NCBI GenBank assembly: GCA_050049995.1
Contig: JASFVE010000042.1
Coordinates: 1 to 16,516, forward strand
DNA: 16,516 nucleotides
Reading direction: 5' to 3'
Source: Chlamydiota bacterium
Lineage (GTDB): Bacteria > Chlamydiota > Chlamydiia > Chlamydiales > SM23-39
Below the pieces are notes generated by a model. That model made no database searches and was not told the DNA's origin. It saw only the letters and a program-made list of their open reading frames with translations. How positions within the stretch are numbered: the first letter of the stretch is position 1; each line of letters begins with the position of its first letter. Shown here piece by piece: positions 7,632-15,891 of this stretch. Position numbers and translations under genes: made by a program.

Positions 7632-8621
7632 TTACTCCTTATGTACGTATTCTAAAGGTTGATTTGCTATTGCATCAAAGTTATCTGAAATCCATGCAAT
7701 GGTTTGTTGTATTCCCTCTTCAAGCGTTATTTTAGGAGACCAGGCAAACTCCTTCCTAGCTTTGCTAGAATCTATTACATAGGCTTTATCTTGTCCTAAT
7801 CTCTCTTCTACTACTTCGACTACATCATTAAAGTTCGCTTTTAACTGTCGGCAAATTGCCCCAACAACTTCTTTGACTGTGACACCTTGATCCGGAGACA
7901 AATGATAAATCTCTCCCGCTTTGCCCATTTCCATAGCTAGTCTTTCTCCTTCCGATACATCTCTAATGTGAATATAGGATTTTACAGCTTTGCCGCCGCC
8001 ATGTAATTGGATCTTGGTTCCATTTTTTATATAAATGATAGACCTTGGAATAATCTTGAATAGCTGCTGATACGGGCCATACACATTGGTAGCTCGTATC
8101 ATTACCATGGGAAAATTAAAGTTTTTTACAAATGTAAATAGAGAAAGGTCTCCAGCGGCCTTTGATGCTGCATAAGGTGTGCTGGGATTTAAAGGGGCAT
8201 CTTCTGTCAGGCGACCTTCACAAGTCCCATATGTTTCAGGAGAAGAGATATGGACATACTTTTTTAAGTAAGTCTTGTCCTTCAAAAGGTTTGCAAGTTT
8301 TGTAATCGAAACAGCATTTGTCTGAAACCAGTGATGAGGATTTTGCCAACTAGGTGCCACTTCACTTTGAGCTGCAAAATTAACAACATATTCCGGTTGA
8401 AACTCTTCTAGAATCTGATCTAGCTTTTCTAAGTCTTTATTTAAATCTACTTGATGAAAAGTAAATTGATCAGATTTTTTTTGTTTATAGGGAAGAAAAA
8501 GAGATTCTTTTTCAGGTGATCTGCTAATACCAACAACTGAATAAGTTTTTTTTTCTAATAACAAATCAATAAAATCACTTCCTGAAAAGGAATTGCTTCC
8601 TATGACTAATACTTTTTTCAT
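7632..8621 (-). CDS. NDP-sugar extended SDR, dTDP-glucose 4,6-dehydratase (RmlB)-like but with a non-canonical active site
   Basis: GSNSFSG, NFAAQSEV, HISSPETYG, PSTPYAASK, NVYGPYQ, ERLGQD. Confidence 0.85.
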   Translation of the reverse strand: MKKVLVIGSNSFSGSDFIDLLLEKKTYSVVGISRSPEKESLFLPYKQKKSDQFTFHQVDLNKDLEKLDQILEEFQPEYVVNFAAQSEVAPSWQNPHHWFQTNAVSITKLANLLKDKTYLKKYVHISSPETYGTCEGRLTEDAPLNPSTPYAASKAAGDLSLFTFVKNFNFPMVMIRATNVYGPYQQLFKIIPRSIIYIKNGTKIQLHGGGKAVKSYIHIRDVSEGERLAMEMGKAGEIYHLSPDQGVTVKEVVGAICRQLKANFNDVVEVVEERLGQDKAYVIDSSKARKEFAWSPKITLEEGIQQTIAWISDNFDAIANQPLEYVHKE

Positions 8622-8642
8622 GATTAATACCCTATATTTTTT

Positions 8643-9707
8643 TTAAAATGGTCCCACGAATTCCTTGTCAGGAGTATCAAGGGGAACCTGCATTCTTGTT
8701 TGAAGAATTTTCATTAAATTAGAAATGTTTGCTTTCTTATTTAAAATCGTAAGAACCTTTAGAGCTATGTTTTCAGCGGTTGGATAATAATGATTAGATA
8801 ATGCCCAACTAGTTGGTGAAAACTCATCTGGATATGCAATCCTAGCAGGAGGCGATTTCAACTCAGCACCTAGTTCTTCAACTACACTTGCAATAATTTC
8901 TGCTGCAATGCCATAGCTTTTCCAATCTGGTTCTAAGACTAAAAGGCGCTTAGTTTTTTTAACTGACTTTAAAATGGTTTCTTTATCAAGAGGACTTAAA
9001 GAACAAAGATCGACTATTTCTAAAGAGACTTCCTCTTGGAGATATCGATAAGCTTTAAGAGCCTCCAGTGTCATATGGGAAAAAGAAACTACAGTAAGAT
9101 CATTTCCTTCGATTACTACTTTTGCCTTGCCTAAGGGTATATGAAACATATTACGAGGTACATCACTTGTCGTATTGTGAAGCCATCTATGCTCTAAATA
9201 CACAACAGGGTAATCATCTTCTACTGCAGAAATTAATAACCCCTTTGCATCATAAGCATTTGCTGGGGCTACAACCTTTAAACCTGGAATATGAGAAAAA
9301 AGACTAAATAGAGCTTGAGAATGTTGAGGCCCTTGTCCCCATCCTCTACCAATGATAAGGCGTATTACTAAGGGGACTGTCATTTGCTCGCCAAACATGT
9401 TATTCCATTTAGCAGCATTGTTAATAAGCTGATCTAATGCCAAAAGAAAAAAATCTACTCTTTGGTGCGTCATAATAGGACGAGACCCTAAAATCGAAGA
9501 TCCTATAGCTACTCCAGTCATAGCATTTTCTGAAGTAGGCATATCTAATACTCGATCTGGGCCATATTTTTCTTGTAGTCCTGATGTAGTTCCAAAAATA
9601 CCTTTAGGATCGGGAACTCCTAACCCCATAACATATACTTTGGCATCAGCTTCCATTAATTGATCTGTAGCTTCTAATATTGCTTCAGAATATTTCAAAC
9701 ATCTCAT
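8643..9707 (-). CDS. 2-oxoacid dehydrogenase E1 beta-like subunit (transketolase C-terminal/pyrimidine-binding domains)
   Basis: DMPTSENAMTG, QGPQHSQ, HIPGLKVVAP, DAKGLL, YLEHRWL, SVKKTKRL. Overlaps the alpha gene by TAATG at 9707. Confidence 0.9.
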   Translation of the reverse strand: MRCLKYSEAILEATDQLMEADAKVYVMGLGVPDPKGIFGTTSGLQEKYGPDRVLDMPTSENAMTGVAIGSSILGSRPIMTHQRVDFFLLALDQLINNAAKWNNMFGEQMTVPLVIRLIIGRGWGQGPQHSQALFSLFSHIPGLKVVAPANAYDAKGLLISAVEDDYPVVYLEHRWLHNTTSDVPRNMFHIPLGKAKVVIEGNDLTVVSFSHMTLEALKAYRYLQEEVSLEIVDLCSLSPLDKETILKSVKKTKRLLVLEPDWKSYGIAAEIIASVVEELGAELKSPPARIAYPDEFSPTSWALSNHYYPTAENIALKVLTILNKKANISNLMKILQTRMQVPLDTPDKEFVGPF

Positions 9708-10663
9708 TACAAATTCCTTGGTTGAGGAAAAGGACTATTATTCGCAAAATTAAAAGCCTCATTGATTTCACTTTGAAGATTGGAACGAATGTTTTTAAGA
9801 TCGACCTCTGTCAGCAATTTATTCTCTAATATTTGCTTTTCTGATCTTTTAATGGGGCAATTGCTTACCCACTCATCAAACTCTTCTTGGCTTCGATAGT
9901 TAAGTTCTAGATCAAAATTTGGTCCGCAATGCTCTCTGTATCGGTATGTAGTAAACTCTAAATAGAAAGGCCCGTTACCTTTTCTTATTTCATCTATTGC
10001 ATGAGAGGCTGCCAGAAATACTTCTTCCACATTATTGCCGTCTCCTTCAGAAGAAGAAATCCCATGAGCTTCAGCTATCTTTATTCGACTTCTAGTAGAA
10101 GGTTGGCGAACCTTTAAAGGGGAGTAAACAGAATAAAAGTTGTTTTCACAAACAAATAAGACTGGCAATTTCTTTAAGGCAGAAAAATTCAAACTTTCAG
10201 CCCATACTCCTTCCTCTGTAGAGCCTTCACCAAAAAAAACAATAGTAACTTTATTATCCTTTTGCAAATAAGAATGAAAAGCAGTACCCACCCCAACAGG
10301 GATGCTCCCTCCAACAATGGGAGTCGTACCTAAAACTCCATTTTCTAAGTCTACTAAATGCATAGATCCGCCGTGTCCTTTGGAACACCCCGTTTCTTTG
10401 CCGTAAATTTCCGCTATCATTTTTTTTAATGAGCCGCCTTTTGCCAAATAGTGGGCATGAGCTCTGTGATTGCTTAACATATAATCAGTATGTAAAGCAG
10501 CTTTACATACTCCTACAGCAACTGCCTCTTGACCAATACTCAAATGTGTTGGACATCTCATTTTTTGCTCTTTATATCTATCTGCAATAGATTCTTCTAC
10601 CATCCTAATGCGAAGCATTTCGGTAAATAACTGAATGGAATTAGATGTTTTTAAAATTGTCAT
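9707..10663 (-). CDS. 2-oxoacid dehydrogenase E1 alpha-like subunit (ThDP-binding)
   Basis: HLSIGQEAVAVG, HRAHAH, GHGGSMH, FFGEG...CENN, TYRYREH. Confidence 0.9.
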   Translation of the reverse strand: MTILKTSNSIQLFTEMLRIRMVEESIADRYKEQKMRCPTHLSIGQEAVAVGVCKAALHTDYMLSNHRAHAHYLAKGGSLKKMIAEIYGKETGCSKGHGGSMHLVDLENGVLGTTPIVGGSIPVGVGTAFHSYLQKDNKVTIVFFGEGSTEEGVWAESLNFSALKKLPVLFVCENNFYSVYSPLKVRQPSTRSRIKIAEAHGISSSEGDGNNVEEVFLAASHAIDEIRKGNGPFYLEFTTYRYREHCGPNFDLELNYRSQEEFDEWVSNCPIKRSEKQILENKLLTEVDLKNIRSNLQSEINEAFNFANNSPFPQPRNL

Positions 10664-12192
10664 TTCAAAAGACGAATTAAAAATTTCATAAGAGAAGCTT
10701 TTTTGACCGGCTCTTTATTACCAACGATTTGAACATCTAATGCCGCAGCAATTGAACCGACCAATGCAGTAATACTAAGAGGGTAATTTTTTACAGCACA
10801 AAGAGAAGATAAGGCAAAATAACTATCACCAGCTCCTACTCTATCTATTGTATTTGTATTCAAGGCGGGGATTTTGCAAATACCTACTTTCTCATTATAG
10901 CAAAAAACTCCTTCTACTCCTCTTGTTAAAGAAAGTGTTTCACAATTCATTTTTTCTAATAAACTTTTAGCTATTACCTCAATAGGTCTTCGTCTGTCAT
11001 GAACAGCTAACCTTGCTTCTGGTTCATTTAAAGAAATATAATTTGCTCGTTTATAGTGGGTAATTACATTAAAGCCTCGATTACCGCTATTGCATTGAGT
11101 ATTAACAGCTAAGAAATTAGGCAATTTAGAAATAGCTTCGATCAACGGAAAGTTGATAAAGCCATTTCCAAAATCAGAAACCAAAACCAAATCAAAACCT
11201 TTTGCAATAGTCTGTATTCTTTCTATTACCTCTTTTGTTTTAGCTTCATCCAAAATATGGCCATTGGATGAATATGTTTCAAAAAGCTTAGAAAGGCTGT
11301 TGCCATCTTTCATCACATAGCGTTTTTTAATAAGCGTATCTTTTTGTGTTGATTCAATAAAATGACACTGAACTTTAGGGTTTAAAGTATTTTTAACAAA
11401 AGAAGTGTAAGAACAGTCTTTTCCAAGAGCAGTTAGTAAAGCAACATTATCGGAAAATTCAGCTAAATGATTGGCAATAATTAGTGAGCCTCCTAAAAAA
11501 ACTTCCTTTTCCTTATTACAGGCTGCCATGTGAGTCCCTTTTCCAGACTGACCTAAAGGCTCTACATATTGATATTCATCAATGATAGCATCACCAATGA
11601 CTAGAACCTTAACACCTTTCAAAGATTCAACTTTTTCAATAATATCTTCTGATCCATATGAGTCTTTTATATTTTTTAGAACTTTTTGAAGGCCGATTGG
11701 TAAGGGATCAAAAAATCGATTTAAAAGTGAAGATGAGCTAAAAACAATATCATTTGTGTAATGAATGCTGCCCCTGTTTTTTACAACTGCTTCAGCTTCT
11801 TTAGAAATTTTATTGGTAACATCTTTTCCATGATCTTTATATTCTTGACCTTTGACATAGACATTGGGCTTGATAACATCAATACAACTTACTGCATCAG
11901 GTGAGTCGTTTAATACCACATAATCAATACAATCTAATGCTGATAGTGCCTCGAGACGTAGTTTTTCATTGAAAACAGGCCTTCCAGGACCTTTATTCAC
12001 ATACCGATCAGGTGTTACGGTAACAACTAGTTTGTCTCCCTGTTTTTTTGCTTCTTGAAAATGCCGAATATGTCCTGGATGTAAAAGGTCAAAGACGCCA
12101 TGACATTGGATGATTCGAAATCCTTCTTTGCGGTCTTTTTCAAGAACTTCGCTAATTTCTTTAAGTGATCTAATTTTTAATTGAGTCAACAT
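10660..12192 (-). CDS. Bifunctional cytidylyltransferase-like nucleotidyltransferase (N-term) / PfkB-family sugar kinase (C-term); HldE/RfaE-related with reversed domain order
   Basis: N-terminal HGVFDLLHPGH, NKGPGRP, YVKGQEY and FSSSSLLNR. C-terminal VIGDAIIDEY, SDFGNG, NEPE, TRGVEG and DRVGAGDS (PfkB signature). Confidence 0.9.
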   Translation of the reverse strand: MLTQLKIRSLKEISEVLEKDRKEGFRIIQCHGVFDLLHPGHIRHFQEAKKQGDKLVVTVTPDRYVNKGPGRPVFNEKLRLEALSALDCIDYVVLNDSPDAVSCIDVIKPNVYVKGQEYKDHGKDVTNKISKEAEAVVKNRGSIHYTNDIVFSSSSLLNRFFDPLPIGLQKVLKNIKDSYGSEDIIEKVESLKGVKVLVIGDAIIDEYQYVEPLGQSGKGTHMAACNKEKEVFLGGSLIIANHLAEFSDNVALLTALGKDCSYTSFVKNTLNPKVQCHFIESTQKDTLIKKRYVMKDGNSLSKLFETYSSNGHILDEAKTKEVIERIQTIAKGFDLVLVSDFGNGFINFPLIEAISKLPNFLAVNTQCNSGNRGFNVITHYKRANYISLNEPEARLAVHDRRRPIEVIAKSLLEKMNCETLSLTRGVEGVFCYNEKVGICKIPALNTNTIDRVGAGDSYFALSSLCAVKNYPLSITALVGSIAAALDVQIVGNKEPVKKASLMKFLIRLLK

Positions 12193-12784
12193 AAGATGAA
12201 TTATCTATTATATTTTTTAATAAAAATGAGTGACTTTTCCATGAATCTACTATTGTATGTAATAGGAAAAAGTGACCTGTTTCTACAAGGCCGTAATCTT
12301 TAATGTTTAACCAGAAGTTCAAATCTCCTCGATCCCTTAAGGCATTTTCTTTGTTAAAGCCTGAAAAAGTAACAACAGGAGTTTTATTGGCTAAAGCTAC
12401 ATCTACTGCATTTATAATGTTTTGTGACATTCCAGAACTACTGATAGCAACTAACAAGTCATTTGGTTTGATAAGGGTCTCTAACGGCTTTGAAAATATA
12501 TATTCATAACCATAGTCATTTCCTACACAAGTTAAAACATTAGAGTCATATAAAGTACTTGCAGGTATTTTACATGCATTAATGAAGTCTACGCAGAAAT
12601 GCGAAGCAATCCCAGCACTGCCTCCATTGCCAATAAGATAAACAATACCTTTATTATTCCTCGTCTCAAGCAAATAGGAATGAAATACTTGTAGAGCTTG
12701 ATCTGCTCCAATCTCTTCTAAGTGTTGAGAATAAGAACAGCCTTTAATAACTTCAGATAATTGGTCAAATCTAACTTTAAACAT
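12170..12784 (-). CDS. SIS-domain phosphosugar isomerase, GmhA-like
   Basis: GNGGSAGIASHF, NDYGY, AISSSGMSQN and C-terminal E-x-x-H...LLH. Overlaps the next gene by 23 nt. Confidence 0.85.
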   Translation of the reverse strand: MFKVRFDQLSEVIKGCSYSQHLEEIGADQALQVFHSYLLETRNNKGIVYLIGNGGSAGIASHFCVDFINACKIPASTLYDSNVLTCVGNDYGYEYIFSKPLETLIKPNDLLVAISSSGMSQNIINAVDVALANKTPVVTFSGFNKENALRDRGDLNFWLNIKDYGLVETGHFFLLHTIVDSWKSHSFLLKNIIDNSSYVDSIKN

Positions 12785-13771
12785 TTATTTTAAACAGGTA
12801 AACCAGGTTTTTGTTGCCTCTTTTATACTTTCAGGTTCCCATACAGGAGCATCTTTAAAGTCATCTATGGTGTCTAATAGTTTATAAACACCTTCTTCAA
12901 AGGTTACCTTTGCTTTCCAATTAAGCTTCTGGCTAATTTTGGTAATATCTGCAAATGTGCAATCTGGCTCTCCAGGTCTTTTGGGAATGTAAGTAACGCC
13001 ACAATCAAAGATTTTTACTATGTCATTCACACTATAGTGCCCACCACTTCCTACATTCATTATCTCATCTCTAACATCTGATTTTGCTGCCTCGAAAAAG
13101 GCATCAGCAACATCTGTTACATACGTAAAATCTCGAGTTTGTTGACCATTTCCTACAACTGTTAAAGGCTTTCCATTTAACTTCTGAGCTAAAAACACAC
13201 CAAACACAGCACCATAGGCGCCAGTTGTTCTAGCTCGAGGTCCGTACACATTAAATAATCGCAAGGAAACAACAGGGAGCTGATAAATTTTTCCCCAATG
13301 CATGACCAACTCTTCACCTAAATATTTTGTTAGTGCATAAGGATACTGAGGAGAGGCAGAATGAGACTCTGGAGTCGGATAAGTATCAGGAATGCCATAG
13401 CAGGACGAAGATGCGGCATAGATAAACCTTGCTACATTAGCCTTTTTAGCTAGTTCTAAGACATTAAATGTCCCAATTACATTGGTTTCGAAATATTCTT
13501 TTGGTTGTTCAATGGAAGGAACAATATCTGCCAAAGCTGCCAAATGAAAAACCCAGTCAATATTGTTAAAGTGTAGAGATATTTCTTCTGTGTTTCTAAT
13601 ATCACCCTTAACAAAGGTAAAATTAGGATGATCTATTATATTTTGTAAATTTTTTAGCCAGCCTCCTTTCAAGTTATCAATCACTGTGACTTTATGTCCT
13701 TCATGAATTAACTTTTCAGATAAGTGACTTCCAATAAACCCGGCACCACCAGTTATGAGCACATTTTTCAT
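12785..13771 (-). CDS. NAD-dependent NDP-sugar epimerase/dehydratase (extended SDR; GalE/WbpP-like)
   Basis: TGGAGFIG, FHLAA, ASSSCYG, YALTK, FNVYGPR, QTRDFTYV. Confidence 0.9.
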   Translation of the reverse strand: MKNVLITGGAGFIGSHLSEKLIHEGHKVTVIDNLKGGWLKNLQNIIDHPNFTFVKGDIRNTEEISLHFNNIDWVFHLAALADIVPSIEQPKEYFETNVIGTFNVLELAKKANVARFIYAASSSCYGIPDTYPTPESHSASPQYPYALTKYLGEELVMHWGKIYQLPVVSLRLFNVYGPRARTTGAYGAVFGVFLAQKLNGKPLTVVGNGQQTRDFTYVTDVADAFFEAAKSDVRDEIMNVGSGGHYSVNDIVKIFDCGVTYIPKRPGEPDCTFADITKISQKLNWKAKVTFEEGVYKLLDTIDDFKDAPVWEPESIKEATKTWFTCLK

Positions 13772-14760
13772 GTTAAATTGATTGCCTGCATTGTTTTTAT
13801 ATTAAAATATTTTTTATCTTTTAAAGAGTTAGGTAGCTTATTTTCCTCAAATGCCTCAACTAAACTTCTTACAGCATCTTCAATGGTATTTTCTGGATAA
13901 AATCCCAGTTGTTTTGCAATTTTTTCAGAAGAAATGTGGTATGACCTAGGATCATTGGTAGGTTCAACTTCAATAGCTACTTTCTTTTTTTCTCCAACCA
14001 CTTTTTCTACCATTTCGCCAATGTCCTTTACAGTATGGTTGTGATAGCCTACATTAAAAATTTCGCCTTGTACTTTTTCTTTATCTGACTCTAAAACGCA
14101 AAGATAGGAACGAACCATGTCATCTATGTGGATATTAGGCCTCATTTGAGATCCTCCCATAAGCTTAATTTTGCCAGTATGATAAGCCAGGTTTGTTAGA
14201 ATATTGACCACAACATCTAAACGCTGCCTGGGAGCATAGCCACATACAGTAGCGGGACGAACAACAGTACATACAAAATTGTCATCCATGTACTTAAAAA
14301 GAATTTTTTCACACTCAGCTTTAAACTTTGAATAATCAGTTAACGGTTCTAAAGACATTTTTTCATGAACATCTGATTCTGATTTAATGCCATATACGGA
14401 AGAAGAAGATGCATAAATAAAACGTTGGATGTTTTTTTCCTTAGCAAGCCTAACAAAGGGTTCAAATGAATCTAAATTGATCGATTTTCCAAGATTTGGA
14501 TTAAGTTCAAAACTAGGATCATTAGAGATGCAAGCTAAATGGATGACTGCATCACATCCTTCTAAAGCTGTTTCCACAATATTGCTATCTCGAATATCAC
14601 CCTTGATTTCTGTGAGGTTAGGATGATTTTTATATTCTTGAAAAACATCTTCACCATACATGAATAAATCTAATACAACAGCTTCAAATCCCTTTTCTAA
14701 TAGTTTTGGAATAAGCTTTGATCCAACGTATCCGGCACCACCTGGTATAAGAATTTTCAT
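13768..14760 (-). CDS. NAD-dependent NDP-sugar epimerase/reductase (extended SDR); probable first gene of the operon
   Basis: GGAGYVG, IHLACISND, ASSSSVYG, YSKFK. SD GAGG lies just upstream (revcomp of 14766-14769). ATGA overlap with the next gene. Confidence 0.9.
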   Translation of the reverse strand: MKILIPGGAGYVGSKLIPKLLEKGFEAVVLDLFMYGEDVFQEYKNHPNLTEIKGDIRDSNIVETALEGCDAVIHLACISNDPSFELNPNLGKSINLDSFEPFVRLAKEKNIQRFIYASSSSVYGIKSESDVHEKMSLEPLTDYSKFKAECEKILFKYMDDNFVCTVVRPATVCGYAPRQRLDVVVNILTNLAYHTGKIKLMGGSQMRPNIHIDDMVRSYLCVLESDKEKVQGEIFNVGYHNHTVKDIGEMVEKVVGEKKKVAIEVEPTNDPRSYHISSEKIAKQLGFYPENTIEDAVRSLVEAFEENKLPNSLKDKKYFNIKTMQAINLT

Positions 14761-14816
14761 GATGACCTCATTTTCTTTAGGCCACTAATAAAAAATATTT
14801 ACATTTTAATCTTCAA

Positions 14817-14835
14817 GTAAAATTTTAAATTTTAC
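14817..14835. promoter_or_regulatory. AT-rich inverted repeat upstream of the minus-strand operon
   Basis: GTAAAATTT-T-AAATTTTAC, 9-bp arms, about 57 nt upstream of the ATG at 14760. Low complexity, so it may be chance. Confidence 0.25.
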
Positions 14836-14918
14836 ATATTGATTTTTTTAAAATAATTTTTTGAATTTATGTAAATAAATCATATAAGTTTGCACAAGAT
14901 GCAAAATCTCATCTTTTA

Positions 14919-15767
14919 TCAATACAGATAGGGTAGTAGTAAGATAATTTCCTCTTCAAACTCTTTAGGAATAGCTAATATATCAGTTAATAAATATGGA
15001 GTTGATAACGAGCCATACCCAGGATGAACTCGCTTATCTGTGTTACAGTCATAGCAGACATAGCCAAGCTCTTCTATTTGTTGGATTGTATTTGGCTCCC
15101 AATATCCTTTTTGAAAACCATATTCGAAAATGACTAGCGGTCTATGCGTCAACAATAGTTGTTTAGCTCCTTTAATGACCGCGTGTTCGTGTCCTTCTAC
15201 ATCAATTTTAATAAATCTAATGGGTTGTATTTGATCGTCTTTCAGCAAATCATCTAATTGTTCAGTTACTGCATCAATAATTGCTGTATCACCAGACATT
15301 CTTTCTTCTGACCAAAGCTTAGGTTCAAGCGAAGCACATTGTGGCTTTACGTCATTAAGGTATACTTTCATAGGAATTAGTTTATTACTTGAATCGGATA
15401 CAGCTTTATTTATTGTAGATATACTTGTTACAGGCAAGCTACTAATCCTTGCTAGTAAATGACCATAAACAAGAGGACTTGCTTCATATGCAAGCACCCT
15501 ACCAGTGACTTTGACTAATTTATCGTAATATAAGGCATAACTGCCTATATGGGCTCCTAGATCAAGAACAGTATCTCCTGGATGGATCCAATAAGCTGCA
15601 ATTAATGCCCTATGATTTTCCATAGCACGTTCATTGCAAAGAAAAAATGCCTCTTCAGCTTTAGCTCGAGCAAGATTAGCTTTTTCAATTAAAGTATTAT
15701 TTGCATTAACAAATGTTGTTGAAAACAATGCTACCAACCCAACAAATATTGGGGTATACCTAGTCAT
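14919..15767 (-). CDS. FkbM-family methyltransferase with putative N-terminal signal peptide
   Basis: LDLGAHIG, YEASP, IKIDVEGHE and IFEY motifs. The ATG at 15767 is preceded by AAGAAGG, so it is preferred over the track start at 15851. N-terminus MTRYTPIFVGLVALFSTTFVNA. Confidence 0.85.
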   Translation of the reverse strand: MTRYTPIFVGLVALFSTTFVNANNTLIEKANLARAKAEEAFFLCNERAMENHRALIAAYWIHPGDTVLDLGAHIGSYALYYDKLVKVTGRVLAYEASPLVYGHLLARISSLPVTSISTINKAVSDSSNKLIPMKVYLNDVKPQCASLEPKLWSEERMSGDTAIIDAVTEQLDDLLKDDQIQPIRFIKIDVEGHEHAVIKGAKQLLLTHRPLVIFEYGFQKGYWEPNTIQQIEELGYVCYDCNTDKRVHPGYGSLSTPYLLTDILAIPKEFEEEIILLLPYLY

Positions 15768-15891
15768 AAAAACCTTCTTTTTTGTTTTTGAGCAACAAAA
15801 GTAAAAGATTTTTCTAAAAAAATAAAAATATTTTTTAATTGAGTATAACAATCGATAGCTTTGATAAAGATTTAAACGAAAATGACCTTGA

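Noticed and set aside
3365..10663. Assigning ilvB, pdhA/pdhB or rmlB symbols
   Set aside because: Partner genes are absent and key motifs deviate. The context points to specialised sugar chemistry.
10660..12784. Canonical gmhA-hldE ADP-heptose pathway for LPS core
   Set aside because: Reversed domains, altered GmhA ligands, and no gmhB or heptosyltransferase in the window.
2121..14760. C7-cyclitol (acarbose/validamycin-type) cluster
   Set aside because: A kinase, nucleotidyltransferase, MDR and SDR are present, but no sugar-phosphate cyclase (DHQS-like) gene is visible.
14889..14905. TTTGCA-N5-TGCAAA hairpin as terminator of the FkbM gene
   Set aside because: Only a 6-bp weak stem with no clear U-tract on the minus strand.
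15768..15851. 28-aa N-terminal extension of the FkbM ORF
   Set aside because: Low-complexity K/F-rich translation of AT-rich intergenic DNA. The SD favours the ATG at 15767.
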